From assembly GCA_963769935.1 (NCBI GenBank), contig CAVYNY010000038.1, positions 1-64,000 of the forward strand: a stretch of 64,000 bases of DNA, written 5' to 3'. Within the stretch, counting starts at the first letter, position 1; every line of letters begins with the position of its first letter. A program made the position numbers and the translations under genes. Source of the stretch: an uncultured delta proteobacterium (GTDB taxonomy: Bacteria; Desulfobacterota; Desulfobacteria; Desulfobacterales; JAFDCJ01). Positions 9,257 to 21,410 of the stretch are shown one piece after another. The notes below the pieces were generated by a model. It saw only the letters and a list, made by a program, of their open reading frames with translations, was not told the origin of the DNA and ran no database searches.

Positions 9257-10357
9257 ATGGATAATGACCCGATAGATAAGATTTCGTCGTTTATAGATGA
9301 ATTGACAGCGCGATTCAAAATTCCCAAGCTGAATCTCAGGCGGTCGGGCGGGTTGAAGATTCTGGCCTTCGCGGTGGTGCTGGTGATTATTGGCTATAAC
9401 CTCTTCTTTGTTTACGTGCGGCCGGATGAGTACGGGATCAAGGTAGTTCGGGTCGGCTTAAACCGCGGCGTTCAAAATAAGATTTATCATGCGGGCCTGA
9501 GTTTTGTGCTGCCCTTCGGGTTGCAGCAGATGTACCGGCTTCCCAAGGGCATCCAGGTGCTGGAGCTGACCAACTTTCCCCAAACCGCCGCCGAGGCCGC
9601 CAGGAAAGACCGGGCCGCCCATATTCAGACCTCGGACGGATTTTTCGTGGATGTGGACGTTTCCATGCTTTACCATATCAAGGATCCCTACCTGGTTTTT
9701 ACCACCATCGGTCCCGGAACCCTCTATGAGGATAACGGCATCATTCCCAAGGCCGAACCGGCCTTGAAAGAGACCCTGGGCAAGCTTACGACCGAAGAAT
9801 TTTACAACAGCCCCCTGCGGGTCAAAAAAGCGGAAGAGGCCAAGCAACAGCTAAACAGCGAGTTAAATCTGAAAGGCATCGAAGTGGACCAGGTGCTGGT
9901 GCGATATTTTAAATACAGTCCGGAAATCCAGAAAAACATCGAGGAAAAGAAGCTGCAGGACCAGATGGTATTTACCAACCAGGCGGCCGCCCGGGCGGCC
10001 AGGGAAGAGGCCGAATTGAAGAAAATCGTGCAGGAGGGAATGGTCACGGCTGCCGTTGAAATGGAAACGGGCAAAGCCTATGTCACCCGCAAGATCGCCG
10101 AAAAAGATCTTTATGTTCGCAAGATCAAAGCCGAAGCCGACCTGCTGGTGCAGCTGGCCGAGGCGGAACGGGTGCGTCTGAAAAATGAAGCCCTGAAGGG
10201 GGTCGGCTCCGAACGCATGGTGGGACTGAAAATGGCTGATGCCTACAAGGGGTTGGATATCATCATTCTGCCCAGCGACGGTCCGCATGGGGTCAACCCC
10301 CTGGACCTGAACAACGCCTTGCAATTATTCGATGTTCGCAAAGGAGGTGGCCAATGA
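9257..10357 (+). CDS. SPFH/band-7 membrane protein
   Basis: N-terminal TM, SPFH core (IQTSDGFFVDVDVSMLY), coiled-coil tail. Confidence 0.85.
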   Translation: MDNDPIDKISSFIDELTARFKIPKLNLRRSGGLKILAFAVVLVIIGYNLFFVYVRPDEYGIKVVRVGLNRGVQNKIYHAGLSFVLPFGLQQMYRLPKGIQVLELTNFPQTAAEAARKDRAAHIQTSDGFFVDVDVSMLYHIKDPYLVFTTIGPGTLYEDNGIIPKAEPALKETLGKLTTEEFYNSPLRVKKAEEAKQQLNSELNLKGIEVDQVLVRYFKYSPEIQKNIEEKKLQDQMVFTNQAAARAAREEAELKKIVQEGMVTAAVEMETGKAYVTRKIAEKDLYVRKIKAEADLLVQLAEAERVRLKNEALKGVGSERMVGLKMADAYKGLDIIILPSDGPHGVNPLDLNNALQLFDVRKGGGQ

Positions 10358-11397
10358 AGCGCATTTTTGCTGTAGTCGTGTTATTGACAACCCTGCTGGC
10401 TGCGGCCGGCTGCATGCCCCATACCACGGGAGAGACGGAAGTGGGCGTCAGAACCCGCAAACTGGCCATTTTCCATCCAAAGGGCGTTGAGGACCAGGTG
10501 TACGCTCCGGGGGCCACCTACTTTTTTCTGCCATTTATCAACGACTGGAATGTTTTCGACACCAAACTGCAGAACCTGGAGATGACGTATACGCAATTAA
10601 GGGGCGACCGCCGAACCCAGGATGATCTGGTGTTTAAAACCATCGACGGCAACGACATCAGCCTGGATGTCATTATCGCCTATCGCATCGATCCGAACAT
10701 GGCGCCGCATATTCTTCAGTATGTGGCCCGCGACGACAAGGCGTTGCGGGATACCGTCGTACGGACCGTCGCCCGCAGCAAACCGCGCGACATTTTCGGT
10801 GAACTCAAGACCGAGGCCTTCTATGTGGCCGAGGCCCGCGAAAGCCAGGCCAACAAAGCCAAAGAAGCCCTTCAAAGCATTCTGGGCCCCATGGGCGTGG
10901 TCGTCGAAAAAGTGCTGACCAACGACTATCGCTTCAACGCTGAATATACCAAGGCCATCGAAGACAAAAAAGTGGCCGACCAGCAGGTGGAGAAAAACAA
11001 GTCCGCCCAGCACGCCGCCCTGGAAGAATACAAGCGTAAACTGGAAGAAGCCAAAGGCGAGGTCAACAAGATGGTGGCCGACGCCGACGGCCAATACCGC
11101 AAAGCCAAAATCGAAGCCGATGTTTACCAGGAACAGCAGCAACTCCTGGCCAAAGCCATCCAGGCCGAAGGCAGCGCCCAAGCCAAAGGCATTCTGGAAA
11201 TGAACAACGCCCTGGCCGGCTCGGGCGGCGAGGCGATCGTCAAATTGAGAATCGCCGAAGCACTGCAGGGCAAGCATATCATACTGCTGCCGGTTTCAGA
11301 GGGTGGGATGAATCTAAAAACCACCGACATCAACCGGCTGATCGAAACATTAGGCGTTAAGTCGCTTTCCGGCGGGCAAACGGCGGTAGTGAAGTGA
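10354..11397 (+). CDS. SPFH/prohibitin-like protein (possible lipoprotein)
   Basis: LAAAGC lipobox-like; FKTIDGNDISLDVIIAYRID; ATGA overlap with the previous gene. Confidence 0.85.
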   Translation: MKRIFAVVVLLTTLLAAAGCMPHTTGETEVGVRTRKLAIFHPKGVEDQVYAPGATYFFLPFINDWNVFDTKLQNLEMTYTQLRGDRRTQDDLVFKTIDGNDISLDVIIAYRIDPNMAPHILQYVARDDKALRDTVVRTVARSKPRDIFGELKTEAFYVAEARESQANKAKEALQSILGPMGVVVEKVLTNDYRFNAEYTKAIEDKKVADQQVEKNKSAQHAALEEYKRKLEEAKGEVNKMVADADGQYRKAKIEADVYQEQQQLLAKAIQAEGSAQAKGILEMNNALAGSGGEAIVKLRIAEALQGKHIILLPVSEGGMNLKTTDINRLIETLGVKSLSGGQTAVVK

Positions 11398-11425
11398 ACA
11401 GCCGAAGGGTCAGGGGGGAAAAATT

Positions 11426-11704
11426 ATGCCAAAGAACTTAGAATCCAAGAATATCGCGCAATTACTGGCTGAGGCCGAGGAACTCATCCAACAATTTGAT
11501 TCCGAAGCCATAAAAGACATGCAAGAAGAGCATCGCCAGCAGTTTGAAAAACACGCTCAAACCTTGAAAAAAATTAAATCCGAGGTTCAGGGCAAGATCG
11601 AGAATAAGGGAACATCGGAAATAGGCTCCAGCGCTGAGGGTATGCACGAAGCGATCCTGGATATTCTGAAGGCCATGCAGGACTTGAAAAACAAGCTTTT
11701 CTGA
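11426..11704 (+). CDS. Hypothetical helical protein, 92 aa
   Basis: Co-oriented ORF in the operon; its 3' end is duplicated at 609-673. Confidence 0.7.
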   Translation: MPKNLESKNIAQLLAEAEELIQQFDSEAIKDMQEEHRQQFEKHAQTLKKIKSEVQGKIENKGTSEIGSSAEGMHEAILDILKAMQDLKNKLF

Positions 11705-11855
11705 TTGTCATCCAAAGCCTTTGAATAACAATCGGACGCTCGATCAAATTTCAAAAATGATACGTTTTTACCGGCAGCGGGTCATTCGGGAGTCTAATTG
11801 AGGTGCCTTGAATTTCAACCAGCCATGGTAGTTAATCGCCGAAAAAGATTGGAAA

Positions 11856-13772
11856 ATGAAAATGCCATCCGATGGAAAAAAAGAACCACTGGAAGATTTA
11901 AAAGATAAGCTGCGTTCCATTCTCGGTTTCCGGGAACGCCAGAAAAATTCCTTGCCTCCTAAGGCTCATTTCAGCATCTGGTATTTCCTGATCGCCTTCC
12001 TGTTATTTTCTTACCTGCAGCAATACTATTTTTCGCGAAAAGTGGAGACGATTCCCTACAGCCAATTCAAACAATACATCGCCAAAAACAACATCAGCAA
12101 ATTGACCATCAGCCCTGAAAATATCAACGGAACGCTAAAGGGAGAGCCGGTCCAGAATTTCACCACCATTCGGGTGAATGATCCCGACCTGGTGCAGGAT
12201 CTGGATGAACACAAAGTCAATTACTCCGGTCACTATGAGAGTCAATTTCTGAGTACCCTGCTCTCCTGGATCATCCCCATCGGCATTTTTTTCCTGATCT
12301 GGCGCTACGCCATGAAAAAGATGGGGCCGGGCATGGGGGTGATGTCCTTTAGCAAGAGCAAAGCCAAGATATTTGCCGAAAGTGAAACCAAGGTCACTTT
12401 CGCCGATGCCGCCGGCATCGATGAGGCCAAGGAAGAGCTCGAGGAAGTAGTGGAATTTCTGAGCAATCCGGGCAAATTCCAGAAACTGGGGGGCCGGATA
12501 CCCAAAGGGGTGCTTCTGGTCGGCCCGCCGGGGACCGGCAAAACCCTTCTGGCCCGGGCGGTGGCCGGAGAGGCCAAGGTGCCGTTTTTCAGCATCAGCG
12601 GGTCTGAGTTTGTGGAGATGTTTGTCGGCGTCGGCGCCGCCCGGGTTCGCGATCTTTTCGCCCAGGCCGCCGTCCAGGCCCCCTGCATCATCTTTATCGA
12701 CGAGCTGGACGCATTGGGAAAAGCCCGGGGAATGAATATTATGGGCGGTCATGACGAACGCGAGCAGACGCTCAACCAGCTCCTGGTGGAAATGGATGGG
12801 TTCGAGACGAATAAAGGGGTCATCATCATGGCCGCCACCAACCGGCCGGAAATCCTGGATCCAGCGTTGCTGCGGCCGGGTCGGTTTGATCGGCAGGTCC
12901 TGGTTGACCGCCCGGATATCAACGGACGCGAAGCCATCCTGAAAATTCATTCCAAAAATGTTATTTTAAGCCCCAAGGTTGATTTGCGTATGATTGCCGG
13001 CCGGACGCCAGGCTTTGTGGGAGCCGATCTGGCCAACCTCATCAATGAGGCCGCCCTTCTGGCGGCCCGTAAAGATAAAGAAGAGGTGGGACTGGAGGAG
13101 TTCGATGAGGCTATCGACCGGGTGGTCGCGGGCCTGCAGAAAAAAAACCGGGTGATGAATCCGCAGGAGAAAGAAATTGTGGCCTTTCATGAGTCCGGAC
13201 ATGCCATTGTGGCTGAGTCTGTCGAGCATGCCGACCCGGTGCACAAAATTTCCATTATCCCCCGGGGAATTGCAGCCCTCGGATACACCCAGCAGCAACC
13301 TACCGAGGACCGCTATCTAATGACCCGCTCCGAGCTGCTCGACCGGTTGGCCGTACTTTTGGGCGGCAGGGTAGCGGAGGAGCTGGTTTTCGAAGAAATC
13401 TCCACCGGGGCCCAAAACGACTTGCAGCGGGCAACCGACATTGCCCGGTCCATGGTCACGGAATACGGCATGAGCGATCGGCTGGGACTGGTGAGCTATG
13501 AGCGCGCTCGTCAGCCGATGTTCCTGCCGGATAGTTTTGCGCCCGGTAAAAATTACAGTGAAGCCAAAGCCGCCCAGATTGACGAAGAGGTCGCTCGGTT
13601 TGTCGAGGAAGCCCATCAAAGGGTATACAAAATCCTCTCTGAGCGGCGGAACGTGCTGGATGATTTGGCCCATCTCCTTTCGCAGAAGGAAAGTGTCCAG
13701 GGAGAAGAGCTCAGAAAAATGTTGTCCGAATCCACCCCTGAAGGGGCAGCTTCATCGCCTGGGGGAATATAA
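11856..13772 (+). CDS. ftsH: ATP-dependent zinc metalloprotease FtsH
   Basis: Two TMs, [20 protein letters not shown] zinc motif. Confidence 0.97.
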   Translation: MKMPSDGKKEPLEDLKDKLRSILGFRERQKNSLPPKAHFSIWYFLIAFLLFSYLQQYYFSRKVETIPYSQFKQYIAKNNISKLTISPENINGTLKGEPVQNFTTIRVNDPDLVQDLDEHKVNYSGHYESQFLSTLLSWIIPIGIFFLIWRYAMKKMGPGMGVMSFSKSKAKIFAESETKVTFADAAGIDEAKEELEEVVEFLSNPGKFQKLGGRIPKGVLLVGPPGTGKTLLARAVAGEAKVPFFSISGSEFVEMFVGVGAARVRDLFAQAAVQAPCIIFIDELDALGKARGMNIMGGHDEREQTLNQLLVEMDGFETNKGVIIMAATNRPEILDPALLRPGRFDRQVLVDRPDINGREAILKIHSKNVILSPKVDLRMIAGRTPGFVGADLANLINEAALLAARKDKEEVGLEEFDEAIDRVVAGLQKKNRVMNPQEKEIVAFHESGHAIVAESVEHADPVHKISIIPRGIAALGYTQQQPTEDRYLMTRSELLDRLAVLLGGRVAEELVFEEISTGAQNDLQRATDIARSMVTEYGMSDRLGLVSYERARQPMFLPDSFAPGKNYSEAKAAQIDEEVARFVEEAHQRVYKILSERRNVLDDLAHLLSQKESVQGEELRKMLSESTPEGAASSPGGI

Positions 13773-13775
13773 AAT

Positions 13776-14039
13776 ATGCAACAAAAAGAATGCCATCTGC
13801 TGGAGCCAGTGTCCCGGGATCACAAATATGCCGTGGCCTAATTTTCCGCCGAATACGGTCTGCATCGCTCCTTGCCATTTTATGCCGGTGGATTGGGTTT
13901 TTTAGCCGGAGATTACATTAAAGAATGCAGCGGCTCCATCATGCCGACCGGCGGCGCTTTTCTGGATCCCTCGGTTCTTACACTCGGCTTTGCCCGCCGC
14001 TTCGCCCCTTACAAAAGGCATGATATTTTAGCTCTCTAA
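13776..14039 (+). pseudogene. glgP: Internally deleted alpha-glucan phosphorylase remnant
   Basis: [32 protein letters not shown] fused to LDPSVLTLGFARRFAPYKR; in-frame TAA where Tyr is expected. Confidence 0.8.
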
Positions 14040-14081
14040 TTTGCAATAGCAAGAGCACCTGAAGCCGACCAAGGAGGTCCA

Positions 14082-15383
14082 GTGCCGGAGCTTCGATACC
14101 AGGACATAAAATCGGCGGCGTACATCGATGCCATCATCCACTATGCTGAAACGCTGCTTGGTATTCGTCTCAAGAACGTCAAAAAATATCGGTATAATTC
14201 CCTATGCCCATTCCACGCGGACACCAAAGATAGTTTAATGGTGTATGTCAATAAAAAGGATGAGGTCAGGTTCCATTGTTTCGGTGCGTGTAAGGGGGAT
14301 TGGGACATTTACGACGTGATAATGCTGCGGAAGAAATGCCGGTTCCGGCAGGCACAGCAGGTTTGGGCTGAGTATCTGGGTGTCAAGGATTTCAAGTCTT
14401 ATGATGGCAGCAGCCCCTGTATTCCTGAACCTGACGAAACACCGGAGCCCGATGATACGGTTGGTTTTGTCGAACCGAAGAAAATTGATGAAAAGATTAT
14501 TGCCGCCCTGGATGATGCTGCCAACTTCTACAATGACCTTTTGATGTCAAATGAAGACCGGTTCAAGCACATTTGGGATTATCTTGCCCGCCGGGGCGTG
14601 GAAAAAGACACGATCCGCAAGTTCAACATCGGCTACAGCCCGCCATACAGCGATGATCAGCACCAAGGCCGGGCCCTTATAGCCGGATTCTTCCCACGCT
14701 TTGAAATGGATAATGGAGCCTTCAATGCGTTTTTAGATGGTGGATTGGTCAGGTTGTTGAACGATGAAACCGTGAAGGGATACGGATACTACTGCCGGCA
14801 GATCGATTTCACACGGAAAGATCAGTTTTCAAGAAATTACAGTGATTATTTAGCCGGACGGATTGTGTTCCCAATTTATGATGCCGATGCCTCTCTAACC
14901 GGATTTGTCGGCAGACGCCCGGGCGATCGAGGCGTACGTTGGCTCAAACAACAGACCAGAGAAATTGCGCTTACTACCAAGAGCTGTCTTTATGGCATTG
15001 ACAAGGCCGGGCGGTATATCCGGAAGTACCGGACGATCATACTGGTGGAGGGCATCTTTGATTATTTTGCCTTCTACAACCTGCTCCAGGACCAGGACAA
15101 GCCGGTGGTGGTTTCGACATTGGGTTCCTATCTCACCCCCGAGGCGGCGAGCATTCTCAAAGGCCTTGATGTTGAGCACTTCATTGTCGCATACAACTGG
15201 GACGCGGCAGGCAGAAACGGCATCGAACAGATCGCGGCCAAATTAGGCGGGTGGGTCTATTACCTTGGCAGTCTGGCAGAAAGCCAGGAGCCTTACGATA
15301 TGTTGAAACCGGTGGCCGACGCCATCGGCGGATTTTCCCTGGAACACCCGAAAACCGAAGCACAGTGCTCCGGCAGAGGATAG
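14082..15383 (+). CDS. DnaG-like primase (CHC2 zinc finger + TOPRIM), orphan
   Basis: CPFH...FHCFGAC; GRIVFPIYD; LVEGIFD; AAGGAGG RBS with GTG start. Confidence 0.8.
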   Translation: MPELRYQDIKSAAYIDAIIHYAETLLGIRLKNVKKYRYNSLCPFHADTKDSLMVYVNKKDEVRFHCFGACKGDWDIYDVIMLRKKCRFRQAQQVWAEYLGVKDFKSYDGSSPCIPEPDETPEPDDTVGFVEPKKIDEKIIAALDDAANFYNDLLMSNEDRFKHIWDYLARRGVEKDTIRKFNIGYSPPYSDDQHQGRALIAGFFPRFEMDNGAFNAFLDGGLVRLLNDETVKGYGYYCRQIDFTRKDQFSRNYSDYLAGRIVFPIYDADASLTGFVGRRPGDRGVRWLKQQTREIALTTKSCLYGIDKAGRYIRKYRTIILVEGIFDYFAFYNLLQDQDKPVVVSTLGSYLTPEAASILKGLDVEHFIVAYNWDAAGRNGIEQIAAKLGGWVYYLGSLAESQEPYDMLKPVADAIGGFSLEHPKTEAQCSGRG

Positions 15384-15564
15384 GACGTAAAAATGGCTGA
15401 TATTATAAAAGATGATGTTCGGACATACCGATACACATCGTAAGTTGGTATACTCGTCAATTCGATATGATGATGCAAGTATTTTTAACTTGAGACGCTG
15501 CAAGTAATAGTGATGTTATTTGTTGTTATCGCAACATGCAGTGAGGGTAGTATATGGTTACTAA

Positions 15565-15720
15565 GGGCTCGCTCAAAAATAACTTCACATTTTATACGCC
15601 GATGCATCTCTTGCGGCTGCGTTGCGAAAGCTCGGAATATCCAGATATTCCTGCGTTTTCGCGCCTTGCCGCAAGAGCGCCTCAGCGCCTAAAACTGTGA
15701 ATTAACTTTTTCGTGAACCC
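15565..15720. mobile_element. 156-bp MITE-like element, copy 1
   Basis: Imperfect terminal inverted repeats (GGGCTCGCTCAAAAATAA...TTTTTCGTGAACCC), TAA on both flanks, homologous copy at 21117. Confidence 0.8.
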
Positions 15721-15840
15721 TAAAGGGTAAAATCAAACTTGACAAACTTGAGCAAAAGCTCGTTAATACAATTAGAGAGCCCCCCGTACAGCGGCGGTTA
15801 AACAAAACACTTATAATTAATTTGGAAAGGTGATATTGGC

Positions 15841-16521
15841 ATGGCAGGAAAACCGACTTACAACGAATTGGAACGAAAAAATAAGGAGCTTGAAAAAGAA
15901 GTTTTAGAATACATTCGCAAAGCAAAAGAACTCAACAATAAACGGAAAGCAACCGAACGCTGTCATATAAGGCGTACGATAAGCCTGATGCATATAATCG
16001 AAGAGCTAGACAAAGAGATTAAGGAACTCAAACGATCTGATGCAGAAGAACTGGGGCTCGTTTCTCATAGACTTCAAGAGCGAATCAAAGAGTTAAACTG
16101 TCTCTATGATATTTCAAGTTTTAGGGATGCCACTGATTTTTCACTGGACGCCGTACTTCAGGCAGTCGTTGATTTCATTCCCCCTGCAATTCAATACCCT
16201 GAAATTGCATGTGCTCGACTTATTTTTGGTGATTATGAGATTAAAACCAAAAATTTTAGAGACACGAAATGGAAGATATCGCGTGAAATCGCGGTAACCG
16301 ATAAATGGATCGGCACTCTGGAAGTGTGTTATCTGGAAGAAAAACCAGAGCTTGAGGAGGGGCCGTTTCTTAAGGAAGCAAAAGATCTAATAAACGCTGT
16401 TGCTGAAAATATAGGAAAAATTATCGAGCGCGAGGAGGCGGAAGATGCGATAAGAAAACACCAGGACCATATTGAAGCGCTTATTAAAAAAACAGTAGAA
16501 AAGGTGACCCAAATAAAGTAA
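15841..16521 (+). CDS. Hypothetical signalling-type protein (coiled coil plus GAF-like domain)
   Basis: ERIKELNCLY...IPPAIQYPEIACAR...GPFLKEAKDLI segment typical of sensor modules; no output domain. Confidence 0.7.
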   Translation: MAGKPTYNELERKNKELEKEVLEYIRKAKELNNKRKATERCHIRRTISLMHIIEELDKEIKELKRSDAEELGLVSHRLQERIKELNCLYDISSFRDATDFSLDAVLQAVVDFIPPAIQYPEIACARLIFGDYEIKTKNFRDTKWKISREIAVTDKWIGTLEVCYLEEKPELEEGPFLKEAKDLINAVAENIGKIIEREEAEDAIRKHQDHIEALIKKTVEKVTQIK

Positions 16522-16558
16522 AAAGCCCTTTTGGCCAACCTTACGCCATAAGGGCTTT
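16522..16558. terminator. Probable bidirectional terminator between convergent genes
   Basis: AAAGCCCTT-TTGGC...GCCAT-AAGGGCTTT hairpin. Confidence 0.6.
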
Positions 16559-16586
16559 CCAATGAACGCCGGGGAATGACTGAGGT

Positions 16587-18227
<1,641 letters not shown>

Positions 18228-18253
18228 TTAACCTCCATCCATTTTATTTTTTG

Positions 18254-18541
18254 TTATTCGACAACACCAAGCACGTCATCCTCGCGCATGATAAGGTATT
18301 CTTCACCCTCTATTTTTACCTCGGTACCCGAATATTTGCCAAATAGAATCCGATCGCCTTTCTTGACTTCAAGCGCTATGCGCTTTCCCTCTTCGCTGAG
18401 TTTTCCATTGCCGGCAGCAATCACTTTGCCTTCAATTGGTTTTTCTTTGGCTGTATCCGGGATGATGATCCCGCCTTTTGTTTTTCCCTCTTCTTCAACC
18501 CGTTGAACTAAAATTCGATCCTGTAATGGTCTGAGTTTCAT
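18254..18541 (-). CDS. groES: Co-chaperonin GroES
   Basis: [25 protein letters not shown]. Confidence 0.98.
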   Translation of the reverse strand: MKLRPLQDRILVQRVEEEGKTKGGIIIPDTAKEKPIEGKVIAAGNGKLSEEGKRIALEVKKGDRILFGKYSGTEVKIEGEEYLIMREDDVLGVVE

Positions 18542-19062
18542 GGTTCAGATTCTCCTTTTTGAAGCAACTGTTTCATCCATTTATTTCTCCATCGCAACCG
18601 TGACGTTTCCCATTGCATTTATCCAACAAATTAGCCCGGTGTTTCCTCCTTCATCAGAATAATTATCCTGCTCGGATCGAGCTTCCAAAGCGATCGCAAT
18701 TGCGAATGACGGTAATAAGCCCTACCTGAAAAGTGATGATAGACCATTTAGTCTTCTGAAGTCTTCTGATATAAACATACAAAAGGAGGGCGCAATGTGG
18801 TTGGCTGTTGCGAGGTCAGCTCCGGCTAAATTGAAACCGATGTTTGTTGAAAAGTAGAAAAGGGAAATATCGTTAAAAAGATTTACTCCTAAAATTATGC
18901 ATGTAAATCCATTTTGTCAAGCACATGCAGCATAAAAAGCTGCCGAACAAATCCGGCGATCCAGTTTCGGAGATTAGATGATCCGCTGCGCTCAATCGGC
19001 ACCTCGCCAACCGATTTATTTCTTCACGGGGAGCTATAACACCACTCTTATGATACCAAACA

Positions 19063-19211
19063 TGGTCATATTTGGCCATTGGTTAGATATGACCACACAA
19101 TTGCACGAATTCATTCCGCCTCGATCAGCTTATTTTTGGAAAAATAATACAAGATATCTTTAGGTTAGGAAAATTCGAGCATGATTCGACCTGTCTGGCA
19201 CGAAGTTTGAA
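19063..19211 (+). promoter_or_regulatory. Sigma54-type promoter module 4
   Basis: TGGTCATATTTGGCCA-T-TGGTTAGATATGACCA 19063-19095; TATCTTTAGGTTA at 19155; TGGCACGAAGTTTGAA 19196-19211. Confidence 0.82.
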
Positions 19212-19282
19212 TAATGATAACGAACATTTTGGGACTTTTTGATGGTTTTTAAAATTTATTAGACAGTGAGGAAATCAGCGAT

Positions 19283-20974
19283 ATGAAATTACTGCTCAGT
19301 TCTGTATTTGGGCCATATGGGGTAGACGATGAATATGGGGAAAAAGAAAATAAGATGGAGCTCTTTCACAATCAGGTTACCAGAGAGCAGGGCATATTTT
19401 CTTATCGATTCAATCATGCGAGCCAGGGGCTATATTTTTTAGCTGAAAATATCGACATGCCCACCACGGTGCTTGATTTCCCAACCTTTAAACGGTTTAA
19501 AAAGGAATTAAAAAAAGGCTACGATTACATTGGAATCAGTTTTATTATACCCAATTTTAAAAAAGCAAGGGCCATGGCACGCGCTGTTCGCAAATTGTCA
19601 CCGCAATCCAAGATTATTTTGGGAGGTCACGGCGTCAATATACCAAATATAGAATCCATGATCGACCAGGATTTTATCTGCAAAGGGGAAGGCGTATATT
19701 TTTTAAGAAAACTTTTTCGGGAAAGCGTGAATAAGCCTATCAAGCATCCTCTTGAATACAGCTCTTTCAACCGGCAAGTCATGGGGGCCCCCTGGGCATC
19801 CGATTCCGGCATTCTGATACCGGGTGTGGGCTGTGCCAACAAATGCCGTTTTTGTGCCACATCGCATTTCTTCGGCAGTTATATACCCTACTTAAAGACC
19901 GGCCGGGATATATTTGATGTCTGCTGCCGATACGAGGATGAGAAAAATATAAATGATTTCGGTGTCTTGGATGAAAATTTTTTGAAAATGAAAGATCGTG
20001 CCCTGGAATTATTGGAGCTCATGGAAAAGAACCATCGCCGCTTTTCGTTTGCAATTTTCAGTTCCGCCGAGACATTGAAGGAAATAGGTGACCTGGATAT
20101 TCTGGTTCGCCTGGGGGTTACGTTTATTTGGATCGGCGTGGAATCGAAAAAGGAAATCTATGCAAAAAATAAAAATACCGATTTTTATACGCTCATTGCC
20201 GAATTAAAGAAAAGAGGGATCAGCGTTTTGGCATCATCGATCTTATTTCTCGAACAACACGATAAAGATACGATCTGGCAGGATGTCGACTTTGTGACCT
20301 CGTTGCAGCCTGATTATCTGCAATTCTCGGAGCTGGGACCTATTCCCGGAACAAAATTATATGCTGACTATGAAAAACAGGGTAAATTAATCAGAAACAT
20401 TCCTTATGAATTTCAACACGGTCAGGGTAAAATATGGTTTCGGCATGAATATTTTACAAGAGACGAATCAAAGGATCTTTTACGTCAGGCTTTTGAACTG
20501 GATTATATCAGAAACGGCGCTTCCTTGCTGCGTAATATAAAAACCACTTTTGAGGGCTATTTATATTGCAGCCGCCATCCGAACGACCTCATTCGAGAGC
20601 GTTCAAAAACCTACCGCAAACGTCTTACCTTAATGCGAAATTTTCTCACGGCCTCCACAATTTTTGTGCAAAACCGGCAAAGTAAAATCCTGCTAAAAGA
20701 AATCAAGAAATTATTTCATTTACATTTCGGCCGGATGAACCTTGCGACTTTTGCAACATCGATGGTTGTCGTTTTTTTTAGCGTCAAAGAATATCTGCGT
20801 TCTCGAATTATTGGAGATGTCAGAGTGCCGAAAACAGCCTGTCGAAGTTATAGAAATAGCGGGTTTCATGAACGCACGGAAAAGGCGTTTAGTGAGGCGC
20901 GCAATTTACTTGAAAACAGCCATAGAGGGCTTAAAACATCGCCCAAATTGTCGAGCGTGATCGGACGCAAATAG
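19283..20974 (+). CDS. B12-binding radical SAM protein
   Basis: GCANKCRFC; N-terminal cobalamin-binding-like region (YDYIGISF...IILGGHG). Confidence 0.85.
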   Translation: MKLLLSSVFGPYGVDDEYGEKENKMELFHNQVTREQGIFSYRFNHASQGLYFLAENIDMPTTVLDFPTFKRFKKELKKGYDYIGISFIIPNFKKARAMARAVRKLSPQSKIILGGHGVNIPNIESMIDQDFICKGEGVYFLRKLFRESVNKPIKHPLEYSSFNRQVMGAPWASDSGILIPGVGCANKCRFCATSHFFGSYIPYLKTGRDIFDVCCRYEDEKNINDFGVLDENFLKMKDRALELLELMEKNHRRFSFAIFSSAETLKEIGDLDILVRLGVTFIWIGVESKKEIYAKNKNTDFYTLIAELKKRGISVLASSILFLEQHDKDTIWQDVDFVTSLQPDYLQFSELGPIPGTKLYADYEKQGKLIRNIPYEFQHGQGKIWFRHEYFTRDESKDLLRQAFELDYIRNGASLLRNIKTTFEGYLYCSRHPNDLIRERSKTYRKRLTLMRNFLTASTIFVQNRQSKILLKEIKKLFHLHFGRMNLATFATSMVVVFFSVKEYLRSRIIGDVRVPKTACRSYRNSGFHERTEKAFSEARNLLENSHRGLKTSPKLSSVIGRK

Positions 20975-21116
20975 AGGTTGGGAAGCAGCGAAACCATATC
21001 GAAACGCTTAAAAAAACAGCAGCCGAAATTTTATAAAAATTAGCATCGGCGATTGAAAACATTACCTTAAATCTGCTATAAAGTTCAGAGCGCTTCGGCC
21101 AGCCGCCCTGAACTAA

Positions 21117-21272
21117 GGGCTCACTCAAAAATAACTTCACATTTTATATGCCGCTGCATCCCGCCTGGCTGCGTTGCGAAAGCTCGGAATATCCAGATAT
21201 TCCTGCGTTTTCGCGCCTTGCCAGCCGGGCGCCGCACCGCCTAAAATTGTGAACTTATTTTTTCGTGAACCC
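21117..21272. mobile_element. 156-bp MITE-like element, copy 2
   Basis: Same length, termini and TAA flanks as 15565..15720. Confidence 0.8.
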
Positions 21273-21410
21273 TAACGTCAGGTTCAAGCAGTCACACCCT
21301 CCTGGGCCCGGCATGAAAAGCCGAAGAGTGATATTTGGGGTCACCAATCTTCAGTTACTTGCTGAATTAAGAAAGATTGGAAAATAGCTGCAAGCTATAG
21401 AGGATTTGAT

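Noticed and set aside
18795..18857. 20-codon ORF after AAGGAGG (MWLAVARS...)
   Set aside because: Too short, with no supporting homology
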